Shown here: positions 47,927-57,812 of the stretch, in pieces
Numbering within the stretch: the first letter of the stretch is position 1
Layout of the letters: every line of letters starts with the position of its first letter
Assembly (NCBI GenBank): GCA_964588985.1
Contig: CAZPQW010000008.1
Location: 32,001 to 96,000, forward strand
From: an uncultured Solirubrobacteraceae bacterium
GTDB lineage: Bacteria; Actinomycetota; Thermoleophilia; Solirubrobacterales; Solirubrobacteraceae
Length of the DNA stretch: 64,000 bases
Direction: 5' to 3'
Notes under the pieces: model-generated
The model's input: the letters and a program-made list of their open reading frames with translations, nothing else
Databases searched by the model: none
What the model was told of the DNA's origin: nothing
Position numbers and translations under genes: made by a program

Positions 47927-48798
47927 GCGAGGTCCTCGCCGGGCGCACCGCGCTGATCACGGGGGCAAGCCACGGACTCGGGTTGGAGATCGCGCGCGCG
48001 TATCTCGACGCGGGCGCGGCCGGCATCGTCATCTGTGGGCGCGACCGGATCGCGCTGGAGGGCGCGCTCGGCGAGTTGAGCGAGCGGGCGGCCCCGGGCC
48101 AGACGGTGCTCGGCGAGCCGGCGGACGTTTCGCGCGCGGACGACGTCGAGCGGCTTGTGGCACTTGCGCTGGACCGGCTGGGGGAGGTCACGATCCTCGT
48201 GTCGAACGCCGGCGTGTACGGGCCGAAGGGCGCGATCGAGGACGTGGACTGGCTCGAGTGGACGCGGGCGGTGGAGATCAACCTGCTCGGCTCGGTGCTG
48301 CCCGCGCGGGCGCTCGTCCCGCACTTCCGCGAGCGTGGCTACGGCAAGATCGTCCAGCTCTCAGGGGGAGGAGCGACCGGCCCGCTCCCGGGTCTCAGCG
48401 CCTACGCTGCCTCCAAGGCGGCGGTCGTGCGCTTCGCGGAGACGCTCGCGGAAGAGCTGCGCGAGAGCCGCGTCGACGTCAACGCGATCGCGCCCGGGGC
48501 GCTCAACACGCGGATGCTCGACGAGGTTCTCAACGCCGGCGCCGAGCGGGTGGGGGAGGACTTCTACCGGCGCGCGCTCGAGCAGCAACGCAGCGGCGGA
48601 GTCCCGCTGAGCAAGGGGGCCGAGCTGGCGGTGTTCCTCGGCTCGGCCGCGAGCGACGGCATCACCGGCAAGCTGCTCAGCGCGGTCTGGGATCCATGGG
48701 CGGATCTCCCGGCGCACGTCGCGGAGCTCGAATCGGACGTCTACACCCTGCGCCGGATCGTGCCCGGAGATCGGGGACTGGACTGGGGGGAGGTGTGA
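47923..48798 (+). CDS. SDR-family oxidoreductase
   Basis: 'TGASHGLG', 'SNAG', 'YAASK'. Confidence 0.92.
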   Translation: MSEVLAGRTALITGASHGLGLEIARAYLDAGAAGIVICGRDRIALEGALGELSERAAPGQTVLGEPADVSRADDVERLVALALDRLGEVTILVSNAGVYGPKGAIEDVDWLEWTRAVEINLLGSVLPARALVPHFRERGYGKIVQLSGGGATGPLPGLSAYAASKAAVVRFAETLAEELRESRVDVNAIAPGALNTRMLDEVLNAGAERVGEDFYRRALEQQRSGGVPLSKGAELAVFLGSAASDGITGKLLSAVWDPWADLPAHVAELESDVYTLRRIVPGDRGLDWGEV

Positions 48799-49535
48799 GT
48801 GCCCGCGCGGAGCCGCCTCCGGTGTGCATCCTCGCGGGCGGACGCGGAACGCGCCTCGGAGAGCGCGCCCGCGGCGTGCCGAAGCCGCTCGTCGAGGTCG
48901 CCGGAGAGCCGTTCCTGATCCACCAGCTGCGGCTGCTCGCGACGCACCGCGTGCGCGAGGTCGTGATCTGCGTCGGATACCGGGGCGAGATGATCGAGTC
49001 GCGCATCGGCATGGAGCGCTTCGGGATCGAGATCGCCTACAGCTACGACAGCCCGGCCCTGGACGGCACGCTCGGCGCGATCCGGCGTGCGCTCGCGCTG
49101 CTGGGCGAGCGCTTCCTCGTCCTCTACGGGGACACGTATCTACGCGTCGACTACGAGGCCGCGGACAGGGCGTGGCGCGACAGCGGGCTCGCGGCGCTGA
49201 TGGTCGTGCTGCGCAACGATGGGAGATGGGACGCCTCGAACGTCCGCTACGAGCGCGGGCGCGTCCTCGCGCACGACAAGCAAGCCCCCACGGCCGACAT
49301 GCGGTGGATCGACTACGGCCTGGGCGGGCTCACGGCGCGGGCGCTGGAGGCCGTGCCGGAGTCCGAGTCCGACCTCTCGGCGCTCTACCGCGAGCTCGCC
49401 CGGCGCGGACAGCTGTGCGGCTACCCGGTCGACGAGCGCTTCTACGAGATCGGCACGCCCGACGCCCTTGAGGAGACGGCGGAGTTCCTGCGCGAAAGCG
49501 CCCGCGACGACGCTCAGGCCGCGCGCCGCGCGTAG
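48795..49535 (+). CDS. Sugar-1-phosphate nucleotidyltransferase (HddC/LmbO-like)
   Basis: 'ILAGGRGTRL', 'PKPL', 'YGD', 'EIGTP'. Confidence 0.9.
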   Translation: MSARAEPPPVCILAGGRGTRLGERARGVPKPLVEVAGEPFLIHQLRLLATHRVREVVICVGYRGEMIESRIGMERFGIEIAYSYDSPALDGTLGAIRRALALLGERFLVLYGDTYLRVDYEAADRAWRDSGLAALMVVLRNDGRWDASNVRYERGRVLAHDKQAPTADMRWIDYGLGGLTARALEAVPESESDLSALYRELARRGQLCGYPVDERFYEIGTPDALEETAEFLRESARDDAQAARRA

Positions 49536-50506
49536 ACGCCACGGCGCATCGCGAGCGAGTGGCGCAGGTCGATCGAGTGGTCGAGCGACTCCGCCGGTGG
49601 CAGCGGCAGCCGTGGGCTCGACCCTCCCGCGCGCCAGCCCGCGAGCCGTCCTCGCAGCGCGAGCAGATCGCGGGAGATCCACAGGTCGCCGCACACCACG
49701 ATCGCCTCGGTGACCAGCGTCCTCAGAGTCGTGGAGCCGTGCAGGAGGCCGTAGCGGCGCAGCATGTACCCGCGCCCGTAGCCCGCCTGACGACGTTGCC
49801 ACGGTGAGCGATATCCGTGCGTCGCGGAGCCGATGTGGATTCCCACGGCATCCGGTTCGGCCACCGAGCGCCAGCCCGCGACACGCAGTCTGACCGCGAG
49901 GTCGAAGTCCTCCATGTAGGCGACGATCGTCTCGTCCAGGCCACCCAGCTCCTCCCACGCCGCGCGCCGGTAGAGCCCGGCGGAGCCTCCGGCGCCGAGG
50001 AACACGGGCTTGGAGTCATGCGCACGCGAGGCCGGGAGCCCCTGCAGGCGTGGGAAGCCGGCGAGGATCGGGTCTGCGGCAAAGCCCATGCCGTCGATCA
50101 GCTCCTCGCCCGGTTTGAGCATCAGCGAGCCGACCGAGCCCACGCCCGGGTCCCCTTCGAGGTGGCGGACCATTCGCTCAAGGAAGTCGGGACGACAGTC
50201 GACGTCGTTGTTGAGCAGCAATACGGCTTCGCCCGAGCCCGCGGCGACGCCCAGGTTGCACGCAACGGGGAAGCCGAGATTCTCGTCGATCTCCACGACC
50301 TGCACCGCCGGCCACTCGGCGTACAACCGCGCCCGCGTGTCGTCGGTCGAGCCGTTGTCCACCACGATCACGTGGTGCGGGATCGTCTGGGCACGCAGGT
50401 GACGCAGGCAGCTCTCGGTGAGCTCAAAGCGGTTGTAGGCGAGCATCACCACGTCGATCGACATCGGCATGGGGGCAATGTAGTCGCTGCGGTCCGTGTT
50501 CGCCAC
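49514..50506 (-). CDS. GT2 glycosyltransferase (WbbL-like)
   Basis: 'VDNGSTD', 'NLGF...CN', 'LLNND', 'YMEDFDL'. Confidence 0.9.
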   Translation of the reverse strand: MANTDRSDYIAPMPMSIDVVMLAYNRFELTESCLRHLRAQTIPHHVIVVDNGSTDDTRARLYAEWPAVQVVEIDENLGFPVACNLGVAAGSGEAVLLLNNDVDCRPDFLERMVRHLEGDPGVGSVGSLMLKPGEELIDGMGFAADPILAGFPRLQGLPASRAHDSKPVFLGAGGSAGLYRRAAWEELGGLDETIVAYMEDFDLAVRLRVAGWRSVAEPDAVGIHIGSATHGYRSPWQRRQAGYGRGYMLRRYGLLHGSTTLRTLVTEAIVVCGDLWISRDLLALRGRLAGWRAGGSSPRLPLPPAESLDHSIDLRHSLAMRRGVYARRAA

Positions 50507-50693
50507 TAGTCAGAAACGAAGTTGTGAAAGAGGCCGGTTGCGTGAATGAGTGACAGGGCTCTCGACGGCACGGCTCTGTTCCCTGTAAACGCTGGTGTTG
50601 ATCGGGTTTCCCGATTCGGCGTCGGACTGGACCGGGCGGTGAGCACGAGTCGGTCTCGACAGCCGCGCTGCAAGTGCGACGACCGCTGGTAGC

Positions 50694-52046
50694 TTGCGGG
50701 CCGTGCAGTCTCCACGTACAAGCTTGACGACGCGCACCACGTGTCGGATCTGCGGCTCGCCGCATCTGGTGCCGGTGCTATCGCTGGGTGAGCAGTACAT
50801 CGCGGGCGCGTTCGCGGAGCCCGGCGGCGAACAGCCGGTCTCGCGACGCATACCGCTCGACCTGGTGAGATGCGACACGGCGCGCAACGAGAACGGCTGC
50901 GGCCTGGTGCAACTGCGTCACACCGTGCCTGGGGCCATTCTCTATCGCTCTTACTGGTATCGCAGCGGCGTCAACCGCACGATGACGCGAAACCTGCACG
51001 AGATCGCGGCTCAGGCGGAGGAGATGGTGAACCTGGGCCCTGGTGATTTGGTAATCGACATCGGCTGCAACGACGGCACGCTGCTCGACGGGTACAAGGC
51101 CTCTGATCTGAAGTACCTGGGCTTCGATCCCTCCGACGTCGGTCGCTACGCGGTCGAGAAGGGCTATGAGGTGGTGCGCGACTTCTACGCGTATGAGCAC
51201 CTGCGCGAGCGGCACGTCGACCGCAAGGCCCGGATCATCACCAGCATCGCGATGTTCTATGACCTCGAGTATCCGTGCGCGTTCGTCGAAGCCGTCTCGC
51301 GGGCGCTCGCGGACGACGGTGTGTGGGTGATGGAGCTGCACTACCTGCCCGCGATGCTCGACATGAACCAGTTCGACGCGATCGTGCACGAGCATCTGGA
51401 GTACTACTCGCTCGCGGTGATCGAGCGGCTGCTGGGCGACGCCGGCCTGCGGGTCGTACGCGCCGAGCTAAACGACATCAACGGGGGCTCGATACGCCTC
51501 TTCATACGCCGCGCCAATCGCTTCGCGCCCGCGGGCGAACACGCGGAGAAACTCCAGCAGCTGCGCGTTCGCGAGTTCGAGATGGCGCTCGACGCGCCCG
51601 AACCTTACGAGCGCTTCGCGTCGGCGACCGAAGCGGTCCGCGACAGCCTGGCGTCGATGTGTCGCACGCTCGTCGAGGAAGGCAAGACGATCCACGTGTA
51701 CGGCGCATCGACGAAGGGCAACACGATCCTCCAATACGCGGGCATCGACAGCACGCTCGTTCCCTACGCGGCCGACCGCAACCCCGACAAGCACGGCTCG
51801 GAGACGATCGGCACGAAGATCCCGATCATCAGCGAGGAGCAATCCCGGGAGATGCGTCCCGACTACTACCTCGCGCTGCCGTGGCACTTCCTCGACGAGT
51901 TCCTCGATCGCGAGCGCGAGTTCCTCGAGCGCGGAGGTCAGTTCATAGTGCCGATGCCCGAGGTTCACCTCGTCTCGGCGATGCCGGATGTGCAGATCGA
52001 ATCGCGCGCGCATGAGGGTGGGCTCGTCTCACACACCAACTCCTGA
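50694..52046 (+). CDS. NDP-sugar C-methyltransferase-family protein (Zn-finger plus SAM domain)
   Basis: 'CRICGS', 'DIGCNDGTLL', 'HEHLEYY', 'YGASTKGNT', 'LPWHF'; start uncertain. Confidence 0.88.
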   Translation: MRAVQSPRTSLTTRTTCRICGSPHLVPVLSLGEQYIAGAFAEPGGEQPVSRRIPLDLVRCDTARNENGCGLVQLRHTVPGAILYRSYWYRSGVNRTMTRNLHEIAAQAEEMVNLGPGDLVIDIGCNDGTLLDGYKASDLKYLGFDPSDVGRYAVEKGYEVVRDFYAYEHLRERHVDRKARIITSIAMFYDLEYPCAFVEAVSRALADDGVWVMELHYLPAMLDMNQFDAIVHEHLEYYSLAVIERLLGDAGLRVVRAELNDINGGSIRLFIRRANRFAPAGEHAEKLQQLRVREFEMALDAPEPYERFASATEAVRDSLASMCRTLVEEGKTIHVYGASTKGNTILQYAGIDSTLVPYAADRNPDKHGSETIGTKIPIISEEQSREMRPDYYLALPWHFLDEFLDREREFLERGGQFIVPMPEVHLVSAMPDVQIESRAHEGGLVSHTNS

Positions 52047-52065
52047 CCGCGATCTGACCGAGTCA

Positions 52066-53070
52066 ATGCCGATTCGCGTCGGAATCCTCAGCACATGGAA
52101 CACTCGCTGCGGGATCGCGGAGTACACGCGGCACCTCGTGGACGCCATGCGCAGGCAGGGCGAAGTGGAGGTGACTGTGCTGAGCTCGCGCAATTTCGGA
52201 GAGCGCGCCCTGGCGCCGCCGGAGGATTGGGTCGAGCCCGCCTTCGACGTGCAGATCTGGCATCCCGAACACAGCTTCGATCTCGACGTCGAGACGATCC
52301 TCGATCTCGACCTCGACGTTCTCCACGTCCAGTACAGCAACCTGTTCTACGACCGCGGTCGTCTGATCGAGCTGTTGCGGCGCTTCCCGGGGGTGACGGC
52401 GCTCACCTACCACGACAAGGGCGGCGTGCGCTCCTTCCCGTACGACCTGCCCGATCTTCTCTACGCCCACCGTGAGGATGTGGGCGTCGGGCCGCGGCGT
52501 TTCATCCCTCAGGGAATCGACCTGCGCAGGCCGGTCGTCAAGACGTTCGGACTGGGCAAGTCACGGCTGGACGTGATCGGGGAGATCTGCGATCGCAACG
52601 ACTGGGACTTCCAGCACAGCTTCGGCGAGGATCGCTGGCTCGAGAGCGAGGAGCTCTTCGCCTGGCTGAGGGACTCCGACGCGATCGTGCTGTGGTACGA
52701 CGAAGACCCGCGGTCTGGCGGAAGCGCCGGCGCGCCGCTGGCCATCGGCACCCGCAGACCGGTGTTCGTCAACGACACGGAGTGGTTCAGCGATCTCCCC
52801 GAGCGCACCTCGACGCTGCGCAAGCTTCACACTCCTGAGGAGCTCGAGCTGGCGATGCGCGAGGTGCTCGACGATCCCTACGCCGAGAGGCGCACCTGGG
52901 ATCGGGTCGCCCAGACGCTGCTGAGCGACTTCCGCGCGGCGCGTTCGAGGCCGCCGATGCATGTCCCCAGGACGTGCGATCCAGTGCGGGGGCGCATCTT
53001 CGTGACGCTCGACCACAAGCCCCTTCGGCGCGTTGCTCGCCAAATGAAGTCGCTCGCACCCAGCGTGTGA
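52066..53070 (+). CDS. Glycosyltransferase, GT-B/GT4-like, compact
   Basis: 'STWNTRCGIAEYT', 'LHVQY', 'DAIVLWY'. Confidence 0.7.
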   Translation: MPIRVGILSTWNTRCGIAEYTRHLVDAMRRQGEVEVTVLSSRNFGERALAPPEDWVEPAFDVQIWHPEHSFDLDVETILDLDLDVLHVQYSNLFYDRGRLIELLRRFPGVTALTYHDKGGVRSFPYDLPDLLYAHREDVGVGPRRFIPQGIDLRRPVVKTFGLGKSRLDVIGEICDRNDWDFQHSFGEDRWLESEELFAWLRDSDAIVLWYDEDPRSGGSAGAPLAIGTRRPVFVNDTEWFSDLPERTSTLRKLHTPEELELAMREVLDDPYAERRTWDRVAQTLLSDFRAARSRPPMHVPRTCDPVRGRIFVTLDHKPLRRVARQMKSLAPSV

Positions 53071-54575
53071 GCGATCCATCGCGTCCGGTCGCACAGCCGG
53101 TGGACGTCTGGGGCGAGACGCCGTCCGACGTGCTCGACACGCCGGATGCGGGGGTGGCGGCGATCCGCGGTGGCGCCATGCGCATCAGCGGCTACGCGAT
53201 CTGCATCGCGGCGAGCGTCGTCTCCTCCGCGCTGATGCTCCGACATTTGGGTGTGGTGGCCACCGGCGAGTACGTCACCGTGCTGTCGCTCGTGACGATC
53301 AGCAGCAGCATCACCGACGGCGGCCTGGCGACGATCGGGGTGCGCGAGCTGAGCACGCTTCCACCAGCGCGCGCCCGGAGCTTCTTCCGAAACCTCGCGG
53401 GGGCGCGTCTGCTGTTCATCGCCGGCGGGATGATCTTCGCGCTCGCGTTCGCGCTCCTCAGCGGGTACTCCACGACGATGGTGGAGGGTGTGGTGTTCGC
53501 GAGCATCGGGTTCGCATCGCTCACCACGCAGACGACCTATCTGCTGCCGCTGATGGCCCGGTTGCGCTTGGACTGGGTGACCGCGGTCGAAACCCTGCGA
53601 CAGATCGGCGCGGCGGTCGTGGTGGTGATGCTCGTGCTCATCGGCGCGCCGCTGCTGCCGTTCTGGGCGGCGACGATCCCGGCCGGGATCGTGGCGACGG
53701 CGCTCGCGGCGGTCCTGATACGCCGATCGATGCCGCTGCTGCCCGCGTTCGACCGCGCCGTGTTGGGGCCACTCATACGTCGCACGCTGCCATATTCGCT
53801 GGCGACCGCCGTCGGCATCGTCTACTTCCGGCTCGCGATCCTGGTCATGTCGTACGTGTCCACCGGCCAGCAGACCGGCTACTACGGAGCCTCCTTCCGA
53901 ATCGTCGAAGCCCTGTTCGTGATCCCGCACCTGATCGTCGGGTCGACGCTCCCCATCTTCGCGAGGGCGGCGCGCGACGACCGCAAACGCCTGGACTACG
54001 CGCTCGGCCGCACGTTCGAGGTGTGCCTGCTGACGGGCCTGGCGGCGGGGCTCGCTCTCGTCACGGGCTCGCACTTCATCATCCAGGTCGTCGCGGGGCC
54101 GAAGTTCGCGCCAGCCGCCATCGTCCTGAGCATCCAGGGAGTCGCGCTGGTCGCGACGTTCGTGGGAGCGGTGTTCGGCTACGGGCTTTTGAGCCTCGAG
54201 CGCTATCGCGAGGTGCTCGTGATCAACCTGGGGGTTCTCCTGTTGAGCGGCCTGCTCACCGGCGTGTTCGCCTCGCGCTACGGTGCGCTCGGCGCGGCCG
54301 GCGCGACGACCTTCGTGGAGCTGCTCTACACGGGGCTGCTCGCCCTCGCGCTAGTTCGCGCGGGCGCCCGGCCGCAGACGTCGCTCGCCGGGATGGCCCG
54401 CTTCGTCTTCTCGGCGCTGCTCGGCGTGCCTCTCCTATTGGTCCCGGGCATCCCCGACGTCGCGAGGCCGGCACTGGCCGTTGCCGTCTACTGCGCGGCG
54501 CTGCTGGCGCTCGGCGCGGTGCCGCGCGAGATCCTGGTCCTGATTCCCGGCCTGCGTCGCAAACTGCCTCTCTGA
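53067..54575 (+). CDS. Wzx-like polysaccharide flippase
   Basis: About 14 TMs, 'RHLGVVATGEY', 'GYYGASFRI'. Confidence 0.88.
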   Translation: MSDPSRPVAQPVDVWGETPSDVLDTPDAGVAAIRGGAMRISGYAICIAASVVSSALMLRHLGVVATGEYVTVLSLVTISSSITDGGLATIGVRELSTLPPARARSFFRNLAGARLLFIAGGMIFALAFALLSGYSTTMVEGVVFASIGFASLTTQTTYLLPLMARLRLDWVTAVETLRQIGAAVVVVMLVLIGAPLLPFWAATIPAGIVATALAAVLIRRSMPLLPAFDRAVLGPLIRRTLPYSLATAVGIVYFRLAILVMSYVSTGQQTGYYGASFRIVEALFVIPHLIVGSTLPIFARAARDDRKRLDYALGRTFEVCLLTGLAAGLALVTGSHFIIQVVAGPKFAPAAIVLSIQGVALVATFVGAVFGYGLLSLERYREVLVINLGVLLLSGLLTGVFASRYGALGAAGATTFVELLYTGLLALALVRAGARPQTSLAGMARFVFSALLGVPLLLVPGIPDVARPALAVAVYCAALLALGAVPREILVLIPGLRRKLPL

Positions 54576-54585
54576 GACGGAGGAC

Positions 54586-55476
54586 TCACCGCATCGGTGT
54601 CGCGAGCCAGTTGACGATCTTCGACGAGTCCGCGAAAGCGGAGCGTGCGAACGGCCCTTCGCCCGTGAGCGAGAAGATGCGATAGCCGAGCTCCGTGAGC
54701 ACGTCCCACGGGGCCTCCGGTGGATCTCCGTACATGGCGGAAGCCTCCGCGACGTGCTCGAAGATAACGACCGGTTGCACCCTGGCGAGCACGCCGCGCC
54801 CACCCTCCAGCACCGCGCGCTCAGCTCCCTCGACGTCGATCTTGACGACGCTCGGGGTCAGCTCGCCGATCTCGTCATCCAGCGTTGAGACCTGCACGTC
54901 GATGTAAACCGGGCCGCCCTGAGCGTCGCTGAGACTCGGATGTCTGCGCAGGCCGCTCCAGCCGTCGAGCTTGGTGAAGTGACAGAACTTCGTCACCTCT
55001 TTCCTCGCGCCGATCGCGAGCGCTCGACAGTCCACGGCCGGGAACTCGCGGGCGATCTCGGTGGCCAGGCCCGGGATCGGCTCGAATGCCAGGTGGCGCC
55101 CGCGTGGCGCGATCCGCACCGCGTCGCGCAGGCCCTGCCCTTTGTTGGCTCCCACGTCGACGTATGTGCTGTCGCTTCTAAGCAAGCTCGCGAGGGCCAC
55201 CTCCATCGCGAGGTCTTCGCGCAGCGCTTGGCGCGCCTCCGCGTCGATCGCCCCCAACAGGTGGGTCTTCTGTGTACGCAGCGCCACCCCCCAGATCGCT
55301 CTTTTGTACAAGGACACGCGCGTGAGCGTATCTGCAGGCCGCGCTGAGATTGGACGTCTGCGTCGCTCGGTCGCTCGTATGGGGTCTCCAGCCGGTCCAC
55401 GTTGTCTCTGACCGCGTCGTCGTCCGAGGTCTCGCGACCTACGATGCTGTTGTGGCTCTCCTTGGCTTGCGTCCAT
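54586..55476 (-). CDS. FkbM-family methyltransferase (true start probably near 55320)
   Basis: 'VDVGANKG', 'AFEP', 'KIDVEGAE'. Confidence 0.85.
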   Translation of the reverse strand: MDASQGEPQQHRRSRDLGRRRGQRQRGPAGDPIRATERRRRPISARPADTLTRVSLYKRAIWGVALRTQKTHLLGAIDAEARQALREDLAMEVALASLLRSDSTYVDVGANKGQGLRDAVRIAPRGRHLAFEPIPGLATEIAREFPAVDCRALAIGARKEVTKFCHFTKLDGWSGLRRHPSLSDAQGGPVYIDVQVSTLDDEIGELTPSVVKIDVEGAERAVLEGGRGVLARVQPVVIFEHVAEASAMYGDPPEAPWDVLTELGYRIFSLTGEGPFARSAFADSSKIVNWLATPMR

Positions 55477-56314
55477 GAGGCTTCGCCTCTACCACCATCC
55501 GGACGGCGCGCGCGTGGCCTACCGCGAGCTCGGAGCGGGCCCGCCCCTCGCGCTGCTGCACTCCGGCCTGCTGTCGCACAAGGAGTGGGAGCCGGCTGTC
55601 GAGCAGCTCACCGACCGCTTCCGCGTGGTGCTCCCCGACCTGCCGCTGCACGGCGACTCCGAGGATCGGCCGCGCCACCCCTACACGCTCGACTGGTTCG
55701 CCGACGTGCTCGGCGGCTTCGCGGCGGAGGTGCTCGGGCCGCGACCTCTGATCGCCGGCCACGCGGCCGGCGCCGAGATCGCCCTGCAGGCCGTCCTGTC
55801 CGGTCGAGTTCGGCCCGGGCGCCTGGTGCTGATGCCCAACCGCCTGCACGCCGCACCGGCGGGAAGCGCCGCGCGCACCGCCTGGCAGCTGACCGCGAGG
55901 GCGGCCGCCGTCCCCGGGCTCGACCGCCTGCTCTCCCACGGCACGCGCGCGGTGTTCACCCCCGAGCGCGGCCTGCGCCTCTCCGCCCGCGCCAACCCCG
56001 CCGCCGCGGACCTCTTCCGCCACGCCTTCGCGGACGTTCCCGGCAACTCCAGCCTCGCGCGCTCGTGGGCGAAGTGCGCGCGCGGGTGGCCGCGGGGACC
56101 GCAGACGCACCTGCTCGAGCTCTACCCGCGGCTGGAGATGCCCGTGCTCCTGCTGTGGGCGGACCGCGACCGATTGCACCCGCTCGCGGCGGCCGAAGAG
56201 GCGCTCGCGCTGCTGCCGCGGGGCCAGCTGCGCGTGCTCGAGAGCACGGGGTTCCTGATGGCCTACGACGACCCGGTGGGGCTCGCACGGGAGCTGGCCG
56301 CGTTCTGCGGGTAG
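55475..56314 (+). CDS. Alpha/beta-hydrolase-fold protein lacking the nucleophile Ser
   Basis: 'LLHSG', 'PDLPLHGDS', 'GHAAG' at the GxSxG position. Confidence 0.8.
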   Translation: MRLRLYHHPDGARVAYRELGAGPPLALLHSGLLSHKEWEPAVEQLTDRFRVVLPDLPLHGDSEDRPRHPYTLDWFADVLGGFAAEVLGPRPLIAGHAAGAEIALQAVLSGRVRPGRLVLMPNRLHAAPAGSAARTAWQLTARAAAVPGLDRLLSHGTRAVFTPERGLRLSARANPAAADLFRHAFADVPGNSSLARSWAKCARGWPRGPQTHLLELYPRLEMPVLLLWADRDRLHPLAAAEEALALLPRGQLRVLESTGFLMAYDDPVGLARELAAFCG

Positions 56315-56353
56315 GGTTCGAGGCGCCAAATTTCCGTGTCACGAGGAGACCAA

Positions 56354-57679
56354 ATGCCATCCGAGCAGCAGCTGTGGGGCGCAGAGACAACCAAGGCCGT
56401 CGAGAACTTCCCGATCTCCGGTGAGACCGTGCCCGTATCCGTGGTCCACTGGCTCGCGCGCATCAAGGGCGCCGCGGCGGTCGTCAACGGCGAGCTCGGC
56501 CTGCTCTCCAAGCGCAGCGCCACACGCATCCACAAGGCGGCCGGCGAGATCGCGGCGGGCAAGCACGACAGCCAGTTCCCGATCGACGTGTTCCAGACCG
56601 GCTCGGGCACCTCGACGAACATGAACGCCAACGAGGTGATCGGCAAGCTCGCAGGGGAGGGCGTCCATCCGAATGACCACGTCAACATGGGCCAGTCCTC
56701 CAACGACGTGTTCCCCTCCGCGGTGCACCTCGCGGCGCTCGACGTCGCCCAGAACGAGCTGCTGCCGGCGCTCAAACTGCTCGAGCGCTCGTTCGCGAAA
56801 AAGGCGAAGAGCTTCCACAACGTGGTGAAGTCCGGCCGCACCCACCTGATGGACGCCGTTCCCGTCACCGTCGGGCAGGAGTTCGCGGGCTACGCCGCGC
56901 AGATGGCGCTGGGTCAAGAGCGCGTGCAGGCGGCACTCGTCCACGTCGGGCAGATCCCGCTCGGCGGCACCGCCACCGGCACCGGCCTGAACACCCACCC
57001 GAAGTTCGCGGAGAAGGTGCGCGCGCGCCTGAAGAGGGAATCGGGCCTCAAGCAGATCGCCGCTCCGCTCGACCCGTTCGAGGCGCAGGCCAACCGCGAC
57101 GCGCTCGTGGAGCTCTCCGGGGCGCTGAAGGTGATCGCCGTGTCGCTCACCAAGATCGCGGGCGACCTCGCGCTGATGGGCTCGGGCCCGCGCGCGGGCA
57201 TCGGCGAGCTGTTCCTGCCCGAGCTGCAGAAGGGCTCCTCGATCATGCCCGGCAAGGTCAACCCGGTGATCCCCGAGGTCGTGCTGCAGGTCTCCGCGCA
57301 GGTGATCGGCAACGACACAGCGATCACCGTCGGCGGGCTGCAGGGCCAGTTCGAGCTGAACGTGCGCATCCCGCTGATCGCCCGCAACCTGCTCCAGTCG
57401 CTCGGGCTGCTGTCCTCCACCGCGCGCGTGTTCGCGGAGAAGTGTGTCGACGGGATCCAGGTCAACAAGGCCGGCGCGGCGGCGTCCGCCGGGGCCACGC
57501 TCGCGGTGGCCACTGCCCTCAACGGCGCGATCGGCTACGACAAGGCGACCGTGATCGTCAAAAAGGCGACCGCCACAGGGCGCCCGCTGCGCGAGATCGC
57601 GCTCGAGGAGGGCGTCGACGCGAAGCTGTACGACGAAACGATCGACCTGCGCAAGATCGCGCGAGGGAACCAGGCGTAG
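56354..57679 (+). CDS. fumC: Class II fumarate hydratase
   Basis: 'QTGSGTSTNMN', 'GRTHLMDA', 'GSSIMPGKVNP'. Confidence 0.95.
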   Translation: MPSEQQLWGAETTKAVENFPISGETVPVSVVHWLARIKGAAAVVNGELGLLSKRSATRIHKAAGEIAAGKHDSQFPIDVFQTGSGTSTNMNANEVIGKLAGEGVHPNDHVNMGQSSNDVFPSAVHLAALDVAQNELLPALKLLERSFAKKAKSFHNVVKSGRTHLMDAVPVTVGQEFAGYAAQMALGQERVQAALVHVGQIPLGGTATGTGLNTHPKFAEKVRARLKRESGLKQIAAPLDPFEAQANRDALVELSGALKVIAVSLTKIAGDLALMGSGPRAGIGELFLPELQKGSSIMPGKVNPVIPEVVLQVSAQVIGNDTAITVGGLQGQFELNVRIPLIARNLLQSLGLLSSTARVFAEKCVDGIQVNKAGAAASAGATLAVATALNGAIGYDKATVIVKKATATGRPLREIALEEGVDAKLYDETIDLRKIARGNQA

Positions 57680-57812
57680 GACGTCGACGCTGAGCCTCGC
57701 TACCAATCACCTTGGCGGACAGAGGCGACCCAACTGCCTTCGGCACCGCGCGTAGCACTTGTCCTGCTCTCCATGACGGTCGTGCTCCCCTTTCTGGGAC
57801 AATCTCGCACGG

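Noticed and set aside
41468-49535. Lincomycin or celesticetin antibiotic cluster
   Set aside because: No propylproline, condensation, LmbS-type aminotransferase or resistance genes are seen; the context is Wzx, GTs and GtrA.
50508-50545. Sixth copy of the AGTCAGAAAC box
   Set aside because: It matches 10 nt but has no TTGC -35 or TAnnnT at 17-nt spacing; may be chance.
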